A stretch of DNA of 60,723 nt, counting the filler, from Sphacelaria rigidula (Eukaryota): NCBI GenBank assembly GCA_964200075.2. It is 5 parts of 5 records of this genome, joined end to end, with 100 filler letters (N's around TTAATTAATTAA, not from the genome) between each part and the next. Parts side by side here need not be neighbours in the genome. Positions count along the whole stretch, not along the records: positions 12,168 to 24,232 come from CAXNAA020004166.1; positions 24,333 to 36,396 come from CAXNAA020004167.1; 3 more parts are not named here. The stretch is one strand, 5' to 3'. The notes below the pieces were generated by a model. The model searched no databases and had not been told where the DNA came from. It saw nothing but the letters and a program-made list of their open reading frames with translations. A program made the position numbers and the translations under genes. Shown here in pieces: positions 12,722 to 27,044 of the stretch. The stretch's first letter is position 1, and every line of letters begins with the position of its first letter.

Positions 12722-15700
12722 GCAGGAGCTGCTACTGCCGCTGCCGTCGCCGCCGCCACTACTGCTTCTGCTGTTGCTGCGGTACCAGCGGGTCCGAGTG
12801 GGGTGTCGCCGAGCAACGGTGATGTTGCTGCCCCTCAAGATGAAGAAGCTGCGAGCGCTACGCGGCGGCAGATTTGGTATCGAGAGGTAAGATGGCACCT
12901 TTTCACAGCGGGGAGTGTATAGTAGTCCATTCGTGTCCATTTATACCGATACGAACGTTCGTGAGCTTAGTGTTCCTGCTATGCTCGAGCTCTCGCAGTG
13001 AACATATATTTCTAATTGTTTCGCCGTCAGAACAGGCAGCAAGGTACAAGTACGCGAATTTTTGCACGGTGATTCCTATCCATATGCGTGTTACGGGAAA
13101 GGAGCTGTAAAGGTAGACTTCACGCACGTTCATTCGCTTGCTCTCAGCCGAATATCCTCTGTTGTATTCACCCTAGCAGGTGGCGAATAGTATCGTATTG
13201 TCTATTTCGGGAGTATTGCGCATATTCGTGAGTGCTATGTATGCTGGAAGGCCGGGCCAAGTAAGAGACAGTCACCGAACGCTTGAGGCATCCAAAATTA
13301 CCGCGTGGACCTCACGCAGGCAATATGTGTAAATATAGCATTGAAATACAAATTTTGACGTGTGCCATTATCCACGATCCATGTAAGCAGTGTGCAGATA
13401 TAAAGAAGTGACCATAGGAGGGCATCACCCGCGCGCACAAATATCCATCATTTCACGGCGGACCTTGTTGCTACTTGGTTGAACGCCCACCTTGCACACA
13501 TACAATGGAAATACATGGCTCATTATTCGTCCGTATCCAACTTTTGCACCAGTCAATCATGCGTCTCGTACATTTATTGACACGTTTGGGTCTCGATCCG
13601 TTCGGTACTACTGTATTTTAGAACGTGAAGTTTTCCAACTTGTGACCCATACAAGCACGCCTCATTCGCACATTTTCAAGGGTCGGACAAATAATGATTC
13701 GTCTGTAAATCACTTGGTTTAGTATGATGTGTAGACTCGTGACGAATCAATCCCTACGCTTTGATTCAGCGTTGCAACCCAGGTACACGCAGCTCAGACA
13801 CGTGGAATGACGCAAAAGTTGCGTGGATACCCCTTGGACCAGCAATCAACTTTTTTCTCCCTTTTGGGCAATGCCGAAAAAATCGTGAATTTAGTGATTT
13901 TCAGTCGTGGTGATTGTCCTAACCATGCACATTTCCCCACCCGTCGTCATTCGCACGGCATGAATCAAACGTACATAGTGCCCACTCATTATGCATACGG
14001 CATGGATCGTCCGGACATTTTCCCCACCAGTGATTCATACAACGTGAATGAAACGCACATATATCATATTTCTCACCCAACGTTCGTGGGTACGTTGTTC
14101 AAGTGACGCATTTCCCGTCAAAGTTGTGCATGTAGAAGGATGATGGATTGATTGATCGATTGTCGCACTTTAACTGACCCCCCCGTGGTCTCATGATAGA
14201 CGTACCCAAGAAAAGCGAAAATCAAACACGCTCTAAGGGAAAAAAAGGATGTACAGTAACTGCATAGGTCTTGCACTCGTTATAGCTACAGAATAACACA
14301 AACAATTTTCCTCACAGGAGTTCATGCCGCGTCTTGATGAGTCATGGGGCAGAAGAGGGAGGGGTGGGGGGGGGGGAGTCTACTTTTCGAACACGTCACT
14401 GATGCCTGATTGTTCTGGCGTACAGTAGTTTAGTATCAGTTCAGTTCGTGGGAGAGGTACGAATGGGATAGGGCGAGAAATTAGAAATTTATTTTTCCGT
14501 ATGATTTCCGAGTTACGACAGGAGTTATGACAGTTCGGCAAGTATTTAACATTGCAGCCATTTTTGAGCAGTAGGAGTGTAGAGTCGTCTTCGCACCAGG
14601 AAGGGTGTTTGCTAGCTGGGACCGGCCTTACCTTGTTGCGTTACGTCGTATGGCAATGCTAACCTGTTTGCACCGATGCAAAGACAAAAAGCGTACAAGG
14701 GGAAGAAAATCGCGGGGGTGAGTAGGTTGCCAGTTTTCCAGCCCCGTGTGCGAAGCGTGTATTCATTACTTTTTGCTCTGATGAATTACCGTTTTCGCGT
14801 GAGCAAAATAACCAGACATTCTTGTGAGCTAATAAAAATAAATCGGTACTGTGCAAATAAACAAGCGTAGTTAGAGCCAAAGGTTGCGAAAAACCAGCAC
14901 CATGCGTACGATCCGTGGTGAATACTTTGTTTGCACGAATCCAATCTTCGCGTATATGTTTGCATTTCCCACCCGCGATTCATACGGCACGAATCAAGCA
15001 CACACACATATGTGTATCAGTCCCACCTGTGATTCATACGGCACGAATCAAGCACACACATATATGTGCATCATTCCCACCTGTGATTCATACGGCGTGA
15101 ATCAAGTGTATATTTTCCCTCCTCTGATCCTTACTCCATGAATCAAGCGTATGCATTTATAGCCTATGGCATAAATCCCCGAAAAGATTAATACGGCAAG
15201 CGTACGTTTTTCTCATCTATCGTTTACACGGCATGAACCATTGGTACATTCATCCCGCTCATGATGCGTACCGGATGAATCAGGTTGACATTTGTCCCAC
15301 CAGTGACTCATACAGTATGGATAAAATGCATATATTTTGCGTCCGTTACTCGTGTCGCACTATTTGAAACGGGTTAATCATGAGACGTTCTACGCGTTCG
15401 ACCTTGAGAGTCATGCTTCTTCCGACTTGTTTTATAATTTTCACTACGATGTTGTTGTTTCTTTTCACGTATCATTCTCGAATCACGAATTGCACCTTCA
15501 AAGTCACAAAAAAAGGAAGGAGGGGAGTTGCTCTGCGCAGTAAAAAAAATACTTGAGGGATGACAATAGTGCGTCGTCGAAGATAAATGATGTTTTTTCG
15601 TCGTCGTACCTCCCTCCCTCTTTCACACAAAATTATACACGCAAGCTCACAAACACGACCGCATGTCTGCGGTCGCATCTGTCCGCGCGTAGAAACAGCG

Positions 15701-15958
15701 GACGTAATATAGGGGGGAAACGTGTCCAATACAGAATACGCAAATGAAAGAAATGCCTCTGCCTATTTTCACTTTCCCTCCCTTCGTGTTTAGGTGCAAG
15801 CAAATGATGCTCATCTGGAAGCCGTGAAGCAGGAGGCAGACAGGCAACACGCGGCCCGAATGCGCGAGCTGATGAGCTGGATAGTGGACGAGGAGGCGGG
15901 AAAGCACGCCGGACTTGGTGTAGCAGGGGCGCCGAGTGCATCTCCATGGAATCGATAA
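12722..15958 (+). CDS. Last two exons (12722-12886, 15794-15958) of an unknown protein, 5'-truncated by the contig start
   Basis: CAG|GCA...GAG|GTAAG and TTTAG|GTG...TAA, both phase 0, 55 codons each: Ala-rich AGAATAAAVAAA...RRQIWYRE + VQANDAHLEAVKQEADRQHAARMRELMSWIVDEE...WNR*. Confidence 0.6.
13677..13927. mobile_element. MITE family A copy
   Basis: Full-length similarity to 5702-5958. Confidence 0.8.
13930..15325. repeat. Degenerate ~45-bp minisatellite in two blocks (13930-14080, 14900-15325); inverse-orientation block at 48730-49000
   Basis: Unit TTTCCCACC.GTGATTCATACGGCA.GAATCAAGC, with an internal GATTC...GAATC palindrome. Confidence 0.75.
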
Positions 15959-17426
15959 CAGTGACTCTTCGATCGTCAACAAGCTGCAAAAACCCGCGTT
16001 GACCTTTGTAGCTCAAAACTTCTGCATAACAACTTGAATAAAGGTCATTAGGTCGTGGTGTGTTGAGTGTATGCGTGGGTAAGTTACGTACATGCGGGTG
16101 TAGTACGTCTTCGGGTAATTTTTCGTGATGCCGGCATTATTGTTCTGTTCATATATCGTAGCATATAGTTGTCATTATTTATTAAACAAATGCATTCGTT
16201 CAACGAGTGTAATACTGTGCCTTTTTGTCGTACCCTCTGGATACTTCTGCGTACAGTAGTGGCCTTTTCCGGCAAGGAAATAACTGGTGTGGAACACTCG
16301 AAATCGTGGTATTTTAGAAGGGGGAAATCAATGAGAAGTAAGGTAGTCAGCGTGTGATAGTTATACTGAATGGAATACGTAAATCTGTTTACCCACGGGT
16401 ACGATAGTACTATTTACCCGGTTGTACAGCATCAATACCAGGTTCGCTGGTCAAGTCTGACTCTCGGTTCAGCTCTCAATGAGTGGGGGGGCGCGGCATA
16501 CGGGGTGTATGCTGCAGCTGTAGATGGGGTTGGTTGCATGGACATCATTTGTCGTGTCTTGTGCGTGGCGTTTCGTGTCGAGTTTTGTGTTGGGCAGTTG
16601 CTACTTCTGTTCATGTAATTGCGCGTGCGTGAGCGTCATTCGGTGTCAGCGATACGCGCCGTATGTTGTGCGCAAGTGGACAAGTGTGCCTATTCTTATC
16701 TAAATAGTTGTCTACGGAACGACGGGTAGAAAATGTTCTCGACTAAGTAGTACAACGAAAAGCGTGACCTCGCGCGTGTACTTTTTCGGCGGCGAAAATT
16801 CGAGTCAAGAATGTGCAGAAATTATGGTACATTAACGGGAGGATGTGGCTCGGCCGCACCACGAAGAACACCGAGTAGTAAGTTTGTTGATGAGTTTCTT
16901 CGCAAGGAGCGAGCACATTATTCTAGTCTTAATGAGTACTCGCGTGCGGCGGTACAAGTGAGTACTCTTTTTGTTTTGTGTACTGTAATATAGTTCTGTT
17001 TCGAAGGGGGTCGCTTGGAATTTCGCGTTGGCGACTCACGAGCTGTTGTGGTTGCTCTTCGGCGCTATTATGTGATACGCGAATGAAACCGGGTTTGTTT
17101 GAGAAGGCAATTCGTTCGGGTCAGTCAGTCATTGTTCGCGTTTTGTGGGCATGATTGCTCGTACGAGCTTCCAGGATTTTCGCGTTTTCTGTTGCACGGC
17201 AAGCAGTGGTGGAGTACAGTGTGACTGATTTCACTCGTCTGGTTGGTGTCTTCGCCTGCTGTGGTAATGCATGTGCTCAATTATAATAATAGGTACGTAT
17301 ACAGATACATATGTTAGTGTAGTTCTATACGGCGGTGTTGTTGGTTGTTGCACGCGTCATTGTTCAGCTCATTCGCATCACCATGAACGAAGTGTCGCCA
17401 CCAACGTATGCATGGACCGCACTTAC

Positions 17427-17723
17427 CAAGGTTTTCCTGAGATAAAGAGTAGAGAATACGATCGAGAGTGAAGAGTGGTCAATTAGTGAATGACCCGTTT
17501 CAGTTCCGAAATGCCCCTCCACGAGGCCCAACGTGCTTTCTGTAGTAGCTTGCCATTGAGGCCCTTGATATCCCTGAGTAGAATATCGACGTGTAGCTGT
17601 AAGCACACGCCAGTGATAGAGGCAAAAAAAACATGCACACGGGATGAAAAATTGGCTAAGTTAAAACGAATGATCAAAGTCACTCTCAATTAGCGCTCTA
17701 CTCTCAATCTCATGAAAACGTTG
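17427..17723. mobile_element. MITE family C (~296 bp)
   Basis: TIR CAA.GTTTTC.TGAGAT..AGAGTAGAG; reverse-complement copy at 31958-32253. Confidence 0.8.
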
Positions 17724-18072
17724 TTACTTTTGTAATACTACTTTACCCTTTTGTTTAGCTGTTGTTGTACACGACTGGTTGGGAAGTTCTTGCAGCGGGG
17801 TACTTTTCAAGGTGTAGGTAAACCTGCCGGGATCGCGGTCATGATCACCTAGATGTCGCACCGTCTCGGGCAATCAGATGGCTCATGCCTTTTCAGCTTG
17901 AGCAAGGTGTAACAATACCTCAACACGGCCATTTTCCGAAAGCTTAAACCTAATGCAGCAGCGTGTCAAGAAATGCGCTCTCTCTCTCCTTTTCTTTTTT
18001 TCACCCCTTGCAATTGGTGGCGTCGTTTTCGTTTTGTCGCGTTTTAATTGTTTCTCAGTTTTTACTCTGTTT

Positions 18073-18330
18073 CAAGGGTCGGACGAATGAATGATTCGTC
18101 TAAAAATTACTCAATTTTCGTGTTTTTGATCCGTACCGTACGAATCAATTTTTAGGCTTTGTTTTCAGCGTTACAACCAAGCTACGCTCAGCCCAGGCAC
18201 GCGGAATGGCGCAAAAATTGCGTGGGGACCTCCATGACCAGCGGTCAACTTTTGTCTCTTTGTTGAGCAATCAGGCCTAAAAAATCGTGGATTTGGTCAT
18301 TCGAAGCGGGGATGATTCGCCCGAACCGTG
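18073..18330. mobile_element. MITE family A copy
   Basis: Full-length similarity to 5702-5958. Confidence 0.8.
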
Positions 18331-18958
18331 CTCTGTTTTATATTTGCCCTTTTTTTTTGTCCTTCCCACTGTTCTTCGTAACGAGCGTGGCCGTTTTGTT
18401 CCCCTCGGGCACGTCTATCTTGTGACCACGGCTGGATCTCTCACTCGGGGACCAGTGTATGTGCGAGAAACCAACTACACATTCACATATTCGACGGTTT
18501 CTTACATACATTATTTTCGGAAGGGGGGGGGGGGATCAATGTTGGGGGATCTTTCGTACAGCTTTTGGCTCATGAACAGGTAAAATCGCCGTCACATGTC
18601 AAGAACACTTTGCATCACCCCACCGAGAGGGATCTAGCCCACTTTTCCGACTGGCTTGGCTCCGCTGTCCGAGTAAAGTTCATGATGTATATTTATTACT
18701 TCGAAGTATATATTATTTTTTCTTCACATTGGTCCGATCGCTCGAACCCGTGGTCACAGACGTAGGCTCATCTTTCCAATACCGTCCCCGCTCTTCACCA
18801 GACACAGGGTCCTCCATCATTCTTTCAGACTCGAGCTTGATTACAAGAGCAAAGACAATCAACCAAAATATCACGAATATGAAGATAAGGAGAGAGACGC
18901 CAAGAAAAACCTGAGAAGTACGAGCTGGGCCAGGCGAGGAGCGAATTTATAGTTTCGA

Positions 18959-19192
18959 GGCCCATTAGCCGGCCAATATTTAGAGTTGGACCCTTATTTT
19001 GGTATGGACAATGAGTCGGGCATAATAATGAAAACAAATACCAATGCACACAAGTTTTTTTTCATGAGTTAAGGGCATAGTACTGATACCCTTGTACCCT
19101 TGTGTACACTGGTATTTGTTTTTATCAAGCCCTATTCATTGTCCATACCAAATTTTAGGGTCCACCTCTGAATATTGGCCGGCCGATGGGCC
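18959..19192. repeat. Inverted repeat / foldback element
   Basis: GGCCCATTAGCCGGCCAATATT...AATATTGGCCGGCCGATGGGCC with ~95-bp arms. Confidence 0.7.
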
Positions 19193-22100
19193 GTTTAGTG
19201 ACGGGGCCAGCAGAAATTCGGAACAGTATTTTGCAGGCCACTCGCCGGCCCACGTTTGGTGTTTGTGTATTGAAACTTTGTGTGGGCCGTGGCTAGGGCA
19301 CAAGTAACAAAACAAAGTGGATTAGTTTTTTTCTTCCACTGGTTTAGGGCGTTTTGGTGAGGTGAAGACCATTTTTTCACGAGAATGCCTGCACCTCTAA
19401 AAAAAAATAATGAAGGCCACCTTTTTTTATTCAGCATACCTGTGTGGTTCTTTATTATGCTGAGTTTCGGATCACACCACCTCTAAAAATTGAGCTAAGA
19501 ATTGAGACAAGGCCCAAGAGCAATGATCATTTCTCCTCAAAGCTGCCCTGTAAACGGAAAAAAATGAAGAAAACGAAAGAGCTGTTTTTTTTTTTCAGTA
19601 TGCGCCATCGGTTCTTCATAAAAAAATTCATAGCACAACTCCCAAAAACTGAGACGCGATATTTTCAGATTTAGTTCATCTAGTGCCTCTGCTCATAATA
19701 TATTGATTTTTGTATGCAAAGTTACGTGCGCCATATCTCGAGATAAATAACGAATTATTAGGTGAAAGTGAGGGTATCTATCTATCGTATCCACGTGCTC
19801 GAGGCAATGTCCACACCGAAAATCGTCGTCAACCGTTGAATGTATCGATCGGGGGTTTCACATAGATTTTAGTGTGGACGCTCTCCGCGTAAGGTAAAGG
19901 AATTACTAGAAGACATGAACTTTAATCAACGAAAAAACATTGACCCAGGCTTTTGAGCAGCAGATGGGCACGTTCCCCTTGATTGGACGATTAATACGAT
20001 CTAAGGATCATGGCCCAACTCGTCTGCGTCGATGAGATATTGCTTTGAGAGCTTAAATCCGTGTCGAGGGTGGGCCAGCTCGTAGTTTCTTGATTCCAAC
20101 GGGATGAAAAACAAATAAACAGAAAAGCACACCGACAAAATGACATAATATACTGGAGACCGTCAGTATGTCATGATGACCTTTGACTCCAAGGTTCCGA
20201 GGATAGCCTCGTAACCCTTTGACATTGAGGGTAGGTCACCTGCTGAATCGGCATCAATATTCCCTTGAAATAAGCATGGTTGATCCAGATGGACTACTAC
20301 CCGCATCGCGGTGAAAGGGTTAATGAATATACAGTACTACAGTACAAGTACAATACAACACAACAACAGTATGATCCAAGAAGAGTTTCTTTCAATGGAA
20401 AAGGTACGTACCTTTTTTCTTCTTACTTACGGTCCGGTCTATAACAATTAACCAACACGATCCTATCCTGGGGTGGCACGAAGACGCAGCAAGGATCAGA
20501 CATGGTGCATAACAGCCCTTTGCCGTGGCGCTGGCGCTGGGTAATCTTTTGCAGCTCATACATACAGGGAAAAGTGTTGTTCAGCTGGTTTGGGTTGTGT
20601 CGTCTGTTGGAAAACCCACCGTCAATACAGACAATCGCAATAGTTCCGCCGCGCCTTGGATGTTTTCGCAAAATGAAAATGTACCGGGACAGAATCTGCT
20701 TAATTAGATGAGGGGGCGAAGACCGCGTTTCAAGCCAGACATCCCACACACAGATTAGGGTAACCCAAAGTGAATTGAAAGAAGCGCGACTATGGCCGAG
20801 TATTCGAACTCGGTACTAGCCCAAAATTGAAGACTTCTACACAATCAAACGGAGGGCTAAAACTTGGGACATGTCCTGTTTCACTACTGTTGTACCGCAG
20901 CAAAAACACTCAAGCCCCCTCTCACGTGTCGGAGCTTCCACAAGGCTTCCACTGTCTGTTCTGCTGTGGTGTGTTCACGCATTGCGAAAACGGTTTGGAT
21001 TGCATGGGCTGCGATATTGCCGTTGTGTTTTCAGTTTTCGGCACGCAGCCATCAGACTTTGTGACTGCTATTACGTAGGTTGAATGTAGATGGTAAACGG
21101 AGAAACCGAAAGCCAAGCACAAAACTACTCAAACTGGCAGTAATACGTACGTTGCGTACCGGGTATCGGGTACCGCGGACAACATAGCATCATCATATAC
21201 GCTGAATACCACCCTTCTCCTGAGTACCCGCAACCAAGGTGATGAGTTCTTGGCTAAAACAATCTCATAACCCGTCTGTTTTAAGCTGTTATATTATGCA
21301 CTTGACCCCATCGCTTGGTATCATAGCGTACCATGGATCCGTCAGTAGCCAAGTTTGATTTTGGTGTTGCAGTGCAGTGCTTCGGATGCAGACCGCTACA
21401 TGGAAGGAAAGGGTTCGCACCGCAATTTGGGTTCGGAACGCAATCACGACCTGCAAGCCTCGACCGTGTTTGTCCAGGTTCTCCCCTGCTATGAAAGACG
21501 GCCGAGAGAGCATTGGCGAGGACGGTGCAACTGCCATATACGAGTGCACACCACAGTAGATGGCGTCCAGCTTCGACGTGTTCCAGAACCGTGTCGGTTT
21601 GCACTGAACTTGAAGCGAGGTACGTACTACTACCGAACGTTAACATGGACATACATTGTATAAACAACACTCAGACACGGATGGTTGATTCTGGACAAGA
21701 CTCGAGCGCTGTAGTCACCGTGCCGTGAGCACACGCGCGACGCTCGTGAAGGTGTACGTTGATTCCACTGGAATGGTCATGTGGGGATGCGTCCATGAGC
21801 ACATCTTTCCAGTGCAATTAGTAGCACATTGTCTGAAAGTCATCACCCCGGTCGGTGTGTTGAACAGAGTCGGTGTGTTTCTTTTCCATACGCACGGCGA
21901 TTTCATGACGACTGCAACATAGACAGCCTCTTCGTGTTTCACAAATGCAGTAGCTTGTCATGTTGTATTTGTGTCGCTTGTGACTCCCCGGGAGTTGGCA
22001 TACGATCGAATTGACAGAAAGACACGCGGGCCTTGCCCTGGTGTGCTTGCTACTGGGTACGTCGGGCTAGCCGCCGTCTCTACCAGGAGGCCACCAGCGT

Positions 22101-24392
22101 GTGTATGTATGTACACGAAGAATACAGACAGTAGCCACTCACTCACAGCATATGAGGGTCTTTGTCATTCCACACCACGAAGTTGGGCGGCCGCCGTTAC
22201 TCTACTGCCTCTGTCTGCCATGGTCTCACACAAAGTATTTCAGAATTTTACATCGAGTTTCTTCGCCGTGACCACCATATCCTCGGGCCAACGGCCATGC
22301 CTTTATTCGCGTTTGTGTGTTTCGTGTTTGCCCGATAATTTCCCGTTTGGCCCGGTCGAATGTGGAATGCAAGTGCCGCGCGGAAAACCACAACAGTAGT
22401 GAAGAAGTAAATCCTTGTGTTTGGGAAAATTATAGATCAACAATCCGCGTCAGCCTCGGGTATCTGACCAGACCTTCGGAAATATTTTTCCACATATTTC
22501 TTGGACGGTCTACAGCAACAAAGTTGTGCAGCACAGAAGATGAATACGAGTAGCGGCGAGTTGGAGAAGTAAATAATTACTTCATCGATTGGACGAAAAC
22601 ATCAGTGACAGCTTGTTTCGGAGAAATAGCCCTCACCCTCGTGTTTTGCTTCAGGTCAAGCCTCTTATGCTTATTGAAGCAAACCACCATATTTTCTGCT
22701 GTACATCCGTCACCCCCGTTTATTCAAAGTTGTGCATGGGGATTTCACCAGAAAGAGACGACGCCGGGACACATGCTGGAGTACTCGTAGCGTGCTGGCA
22801 CAGCGCAGGTGATCATCCCGTCCGTCCTCGTGCATTAGCAACTAACTGTATTTATACTGGGTGCAGGAGGAGTACTAGTGCAATGCCGCACGCAAATAAA
22901 GGACTCCAAAACGTGGTGCCATGCAATCGTAGTATGTCACCCAACGTATTTGTACTTATTTGGCTCGTGGTTCATATGCGGGAGAGTCCGGCTAGCCCTG
23001 ATTGTTTTGTTCTCGATAGTTTGGTGGGTGCGTGAATCATCCACGGGTTCGCGGACATTTACTCGCTGCAATACCGCCAGTACAATCGATTGCTACGTAC
23101 ACCGAATGGATGGCATGATAATGCACTACTATTGCCCAACACGTGCTACTCGTCCATGTTTGCGTGAACACTCACGCGCAGCTATCCAGATTTTCAACAA
23201 TACATGCCTCTCAATATATATATATCGCTCGAAACGAGTGATTCGGCTGCCTCTCTCTGGACCTCATTTTCCGCGGTAGCAGTGCCGTTCCTCCAGACTT
23301 TATCCGTGTCCCTAGTACGTAAACGGGGGACAAATAATTCGTCTACTCTCTGCTTCGCCTTGATCGGAAGGAAAACATACGTGGTGAATCAGTAGAATGC
23401 TGATGACATACATACAACGCTCGTGATACGTAGGCACCTTCATGGATATGAAACCAAGATGTTCTCTGTACCAGTTATAAGGACACACTTTCTGTTTGCA
23501 TCAAAATGCTGGATAATCACAGGTTATCAATTCAAATACTTACAGGGATATTATACGCCAGCCGTTACCTTCACCAGTTATCAATCGGGCAATGTCGATA
23601 CAGTTGAAAACAGAACGGGAAAAAACGCGTTTGGTTCCTCGACCGTCCATCTTGCTAATTGTTCCGAGTTTGGTCCGCGGGTAGTCCCGCGAGTTGGAAG
23701 GAGGATGCCCTAGGCAGTAGGTGAACCCGAGATAGACATGGGCAAGACGGTTAACAACAGTGCCACGCAATTGGCCCTTTTAGCGTCCACGGGCAATCGG
23801 CTTATCCGCCAGTCTTGCCAATTCTTGTGGGATGACAACAGTGTAGTGCAGGCGTAGATAACCGCTATAATAGTCGGTCGCCCAGTTGTTCGATAGATGG
23901 ATTCTTTCGCTGTTCGTGTGTTAGTTTTGACCAACAGGCTTCCAGCCAGATATGGTTAAGCCGGTAATTTAGTTTTTTTTGCAGGTCGTGTCTCCCGAAT
24001 GCTTAACACCAAACGACCATGATTGAAGCAGGGGTTATAGGAAATACACGCTCACCGCTGTGTTTCCACACTTGTGGTCTGTGTCTTTGTGTGTGTCAAC
24101 GTGCGCTCACCCTATTCAATAAATGGCTGTCGAGGGCGGGGGGGGGGGGGGGGGTTATCAAGGTTATTGTTTGCCTAGTTCACAGACCCTTGGGGGGGGG
24201 GGGGGGACCGCCAAAATTGCACCGGCCCCAAANNNNNNNNNNNNNNNNNNNNNNNNNNNNNNNNNNNNNNNNNNNNTTAATTAATTAANNNNNNNNNNNN
24301 NNNNNNNNNNNNNNNNNNNNNNNNNNNNNNNNGAAAGGGTGGGTGGGGTTGTGGGAGAGGGAGGGAAAAGAGAGTGGTGAGAAGGGTAAAGG

Positions 24393-24423
<31 letters not shown>

Positions 24424-25178
24424 TATGGGTCATTCGTCGCATGCTTTATTACCGGAGGCACTATTTTATTACGCGTTGGAGGGTGAAGACGATACGATCA
24501 TTGCACAAGCACCTAGATATATCTTGGAATGGCTGATCGCTCCCGCGATTGCAGTGCAAACTCACAGTCTGTGTACGTATAGTACCGCCTACGCACCGTA
24601 CCGGATCGGTGGTCTTGAGACATGTTTTGATGGTAGGGGGAAACCTAACCCAACATTTACCCCGCAAGCGGGTTCGTGTGCCGATTACCCGGAGGCTCGG
24701 CTAGACTGTCTCGCGGCAGTCATGTGGGGAAGGCGCCTCGAGTGTTTGCCAGCTTTGGTCAAGACAAGGCAGGGCGCGGGTCGCGCCCACTAAACCCCTC
24801 TATCAACCTGGCGCAGTGCACGCGCCGCCGTCCTTTTATGAGCCTCGGCCCTAGGGTCGTGAGACATGGTGTGCACTTGTGTGTGCGTGCAGTTCGCAGT
24901 TCAATTTTTCTGTTTCCGGAGAACGATTATCGTTACGATACCACACCCCGCGAAGAAAAAAACTGCCGCAAAAATCATCTCTGCAAACCGATTTTGTTTC
25001 CCAGCGCGAAGGGGAACATGAATGTCCCGTTGACAAAAGGGGCACGTACAAAGGTGTGACAACTTCGACAATGCAACATAATCAGACGTGAAACCTAGGG
25101 AACTCGTTGAATCCGCAAAAAAGCGTAAGCCTGTACCACCTGCTCACCGTCATATATCTCTCTGTCTGTTGACGGCAG

Positions 25179-25868
25179 AACCCCTCAGCAGCGTCGTGAT
25201 TTCCTCGGAGCCCCTCTGCCGCTCCACCAAGGCCTGGGAGCTGCTGCCACGCAACAGCATGGTCATCGTCGAGGGTCACGCCCCAGAATTCGCGTCCCCC
25301 ACCGTGTCCGCAGCGACAGGCTGCATGGGTACCCACGAAGGCAGCTGCGGTGGCCACGACCACGGCGCAAAAGCTGGCGTCGTTGCCGAGCAAGGGCTGG
25401 TGTCCTCCATCACGGTGGAGCCATTGCGGTGTCACCCATCCGACGAGCCTGGTCCGACCGACCCGGGTTTCGAGTGCGCGGGTCTGCCCAACTGGTGCCC
25501 GCGGGTAATGACGCCACCGCCGCGCGAGACGGGGGCGGGCGGGGAGCCTGTGGGGAGTCCGGAAAGCAGCGTGCCGCCTATTGTTTTAGCGAAATCGTCG
25601 TCGGTGAATGTTGTCGCGAGCAAGACGAGGGCAATGCCGCCGTCGGCGGCTGTCGGCGGCACGGGCGGCGGCAGGCTGCCGCAGCAGGACAGTGTTCAAG
25701 TAAACGGGAATAGTGAATAGGCGGATGATTTTCATCTTTTGATGTATGTTTTTTTGTGTTTGTCTTGGTCGTTCGAACTCTGGGGAATAGTACATTGGTG
25801 AAGCTACCAGAACTGCGGCAGTGGAGTGCCACGGGGTGTGGCGGCGTGCCGGCCTATCCGAACGATAA
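25179..25868 (+). CDS. 3' exons (25179-25699, 25791-25868) of a class II glutamine amidotransferase-like (DUG3/EgtC/YafJ-type) protein
   Basis: GC-rich exon after a CAG acceptor encodes SVVISSEPL-CRSTKAWELLPRNSMVIV, the C-terminal 'VVIASEPL....W..VP.NS...' signature of class II GATases. A low-complexity tail follows, then a GT donor and an in-phase terminal exon ending TAA. Confidence 0.65.
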
Positions 25869-27044
25869 GAAAGGCGATGGGATGATGGGTAGAGGGTGGG
25901 GGCAGCGCTGTGCGGCTGGGGCATTGGTCGGCAGTTCTAAGGCAACATGGTAAGATACAGTAGGGGGGAAGTATAGTAGAGGCGAGGGCGTGCGTGCCCT
26001 AAAAAAACGTCCGGTACTGCACGTACGGTCGAGGGTTGGTCTCCTCGAAAGGGGATAAAGCATGAAATTGAGGGTTGGGCGCCGCCTTGGTGGACTGGAG
26101 GTTGTTGCCCTTGTGACATATGTAAATATATTTATACTTGAGGCTGTGGAGTTGGTGGTGGTAGTAGTGGTGGAGTTCAGCACTCGTTGCTCAGCACACG
26201 GATTTCGGTGCGAGACGTGGGTTTCTTTACATGAGTTCATGTGCGCGTTTTTTTGTCGACGTGTACAAGGATTTGGAGACTGCTGTAATGTGCGGCATGT
26301 CGGAGGGTGGAGGCGTGTACTTTATCATGGTTTGCATCTCTATGGTATCATGGGCGTGAATAATGAAAACGGTCTGTACGACGGCTTCGGATCCGCTCGG
26401 GTAAACCATGTGTGTGTGCGTGCGTAGTTCGTGGGGAAACGTGTGTGGGGAAAGGGGGTTGAAAATCGCGACGTTTTGAAGAGTACGTCGCGCCAAAGGG
26501 GCATGGCATTTTCTGTCTGTGTTCGTTTGTGTATTATCGTTCTGGTGCGGTGGTGTGCAGTGTGTCAGCATCTGTGGGCGTTGAGTGCTTCGTGGGGGTG
26601 CGTCTTTTGTCATTTCATAGGGTGGAAACATCGTTGTATCCTTTGAAATGACATGAAAAAATGTTTTTTTCCGTCCGCTGAAATGACGTGAGGAGTGCCA
26701 ATGTGTTTGTTCATTATTTGTTAAGCTAGGATCGTGGCTTGCGATCTGCAGGCCAGTTTCCCGCGGATATGTGTGTAGGTGTGTTTGTGACAGCTTTCCA
26801 CATGATGGGTGTTGCACGTGACTGCTTCACATGTTTATCTTGCTGGACGGGGGTACGGAGATGACGTGGTGAGGCCACATCATCTTCGGGAGGATGGATG
26901 TTCGTGTTCCGTTTTTTTTTTAGTTTTCGGCGCATTTGACGCCGTTTTCAGCCTCACGATGAAACAGTACCACCAGCACGTGTCTCGCGACACTATACAT
27001 CACTGAGTGATTCCGTGAAAGTCCTCACACCCCCAAACCAGTTG

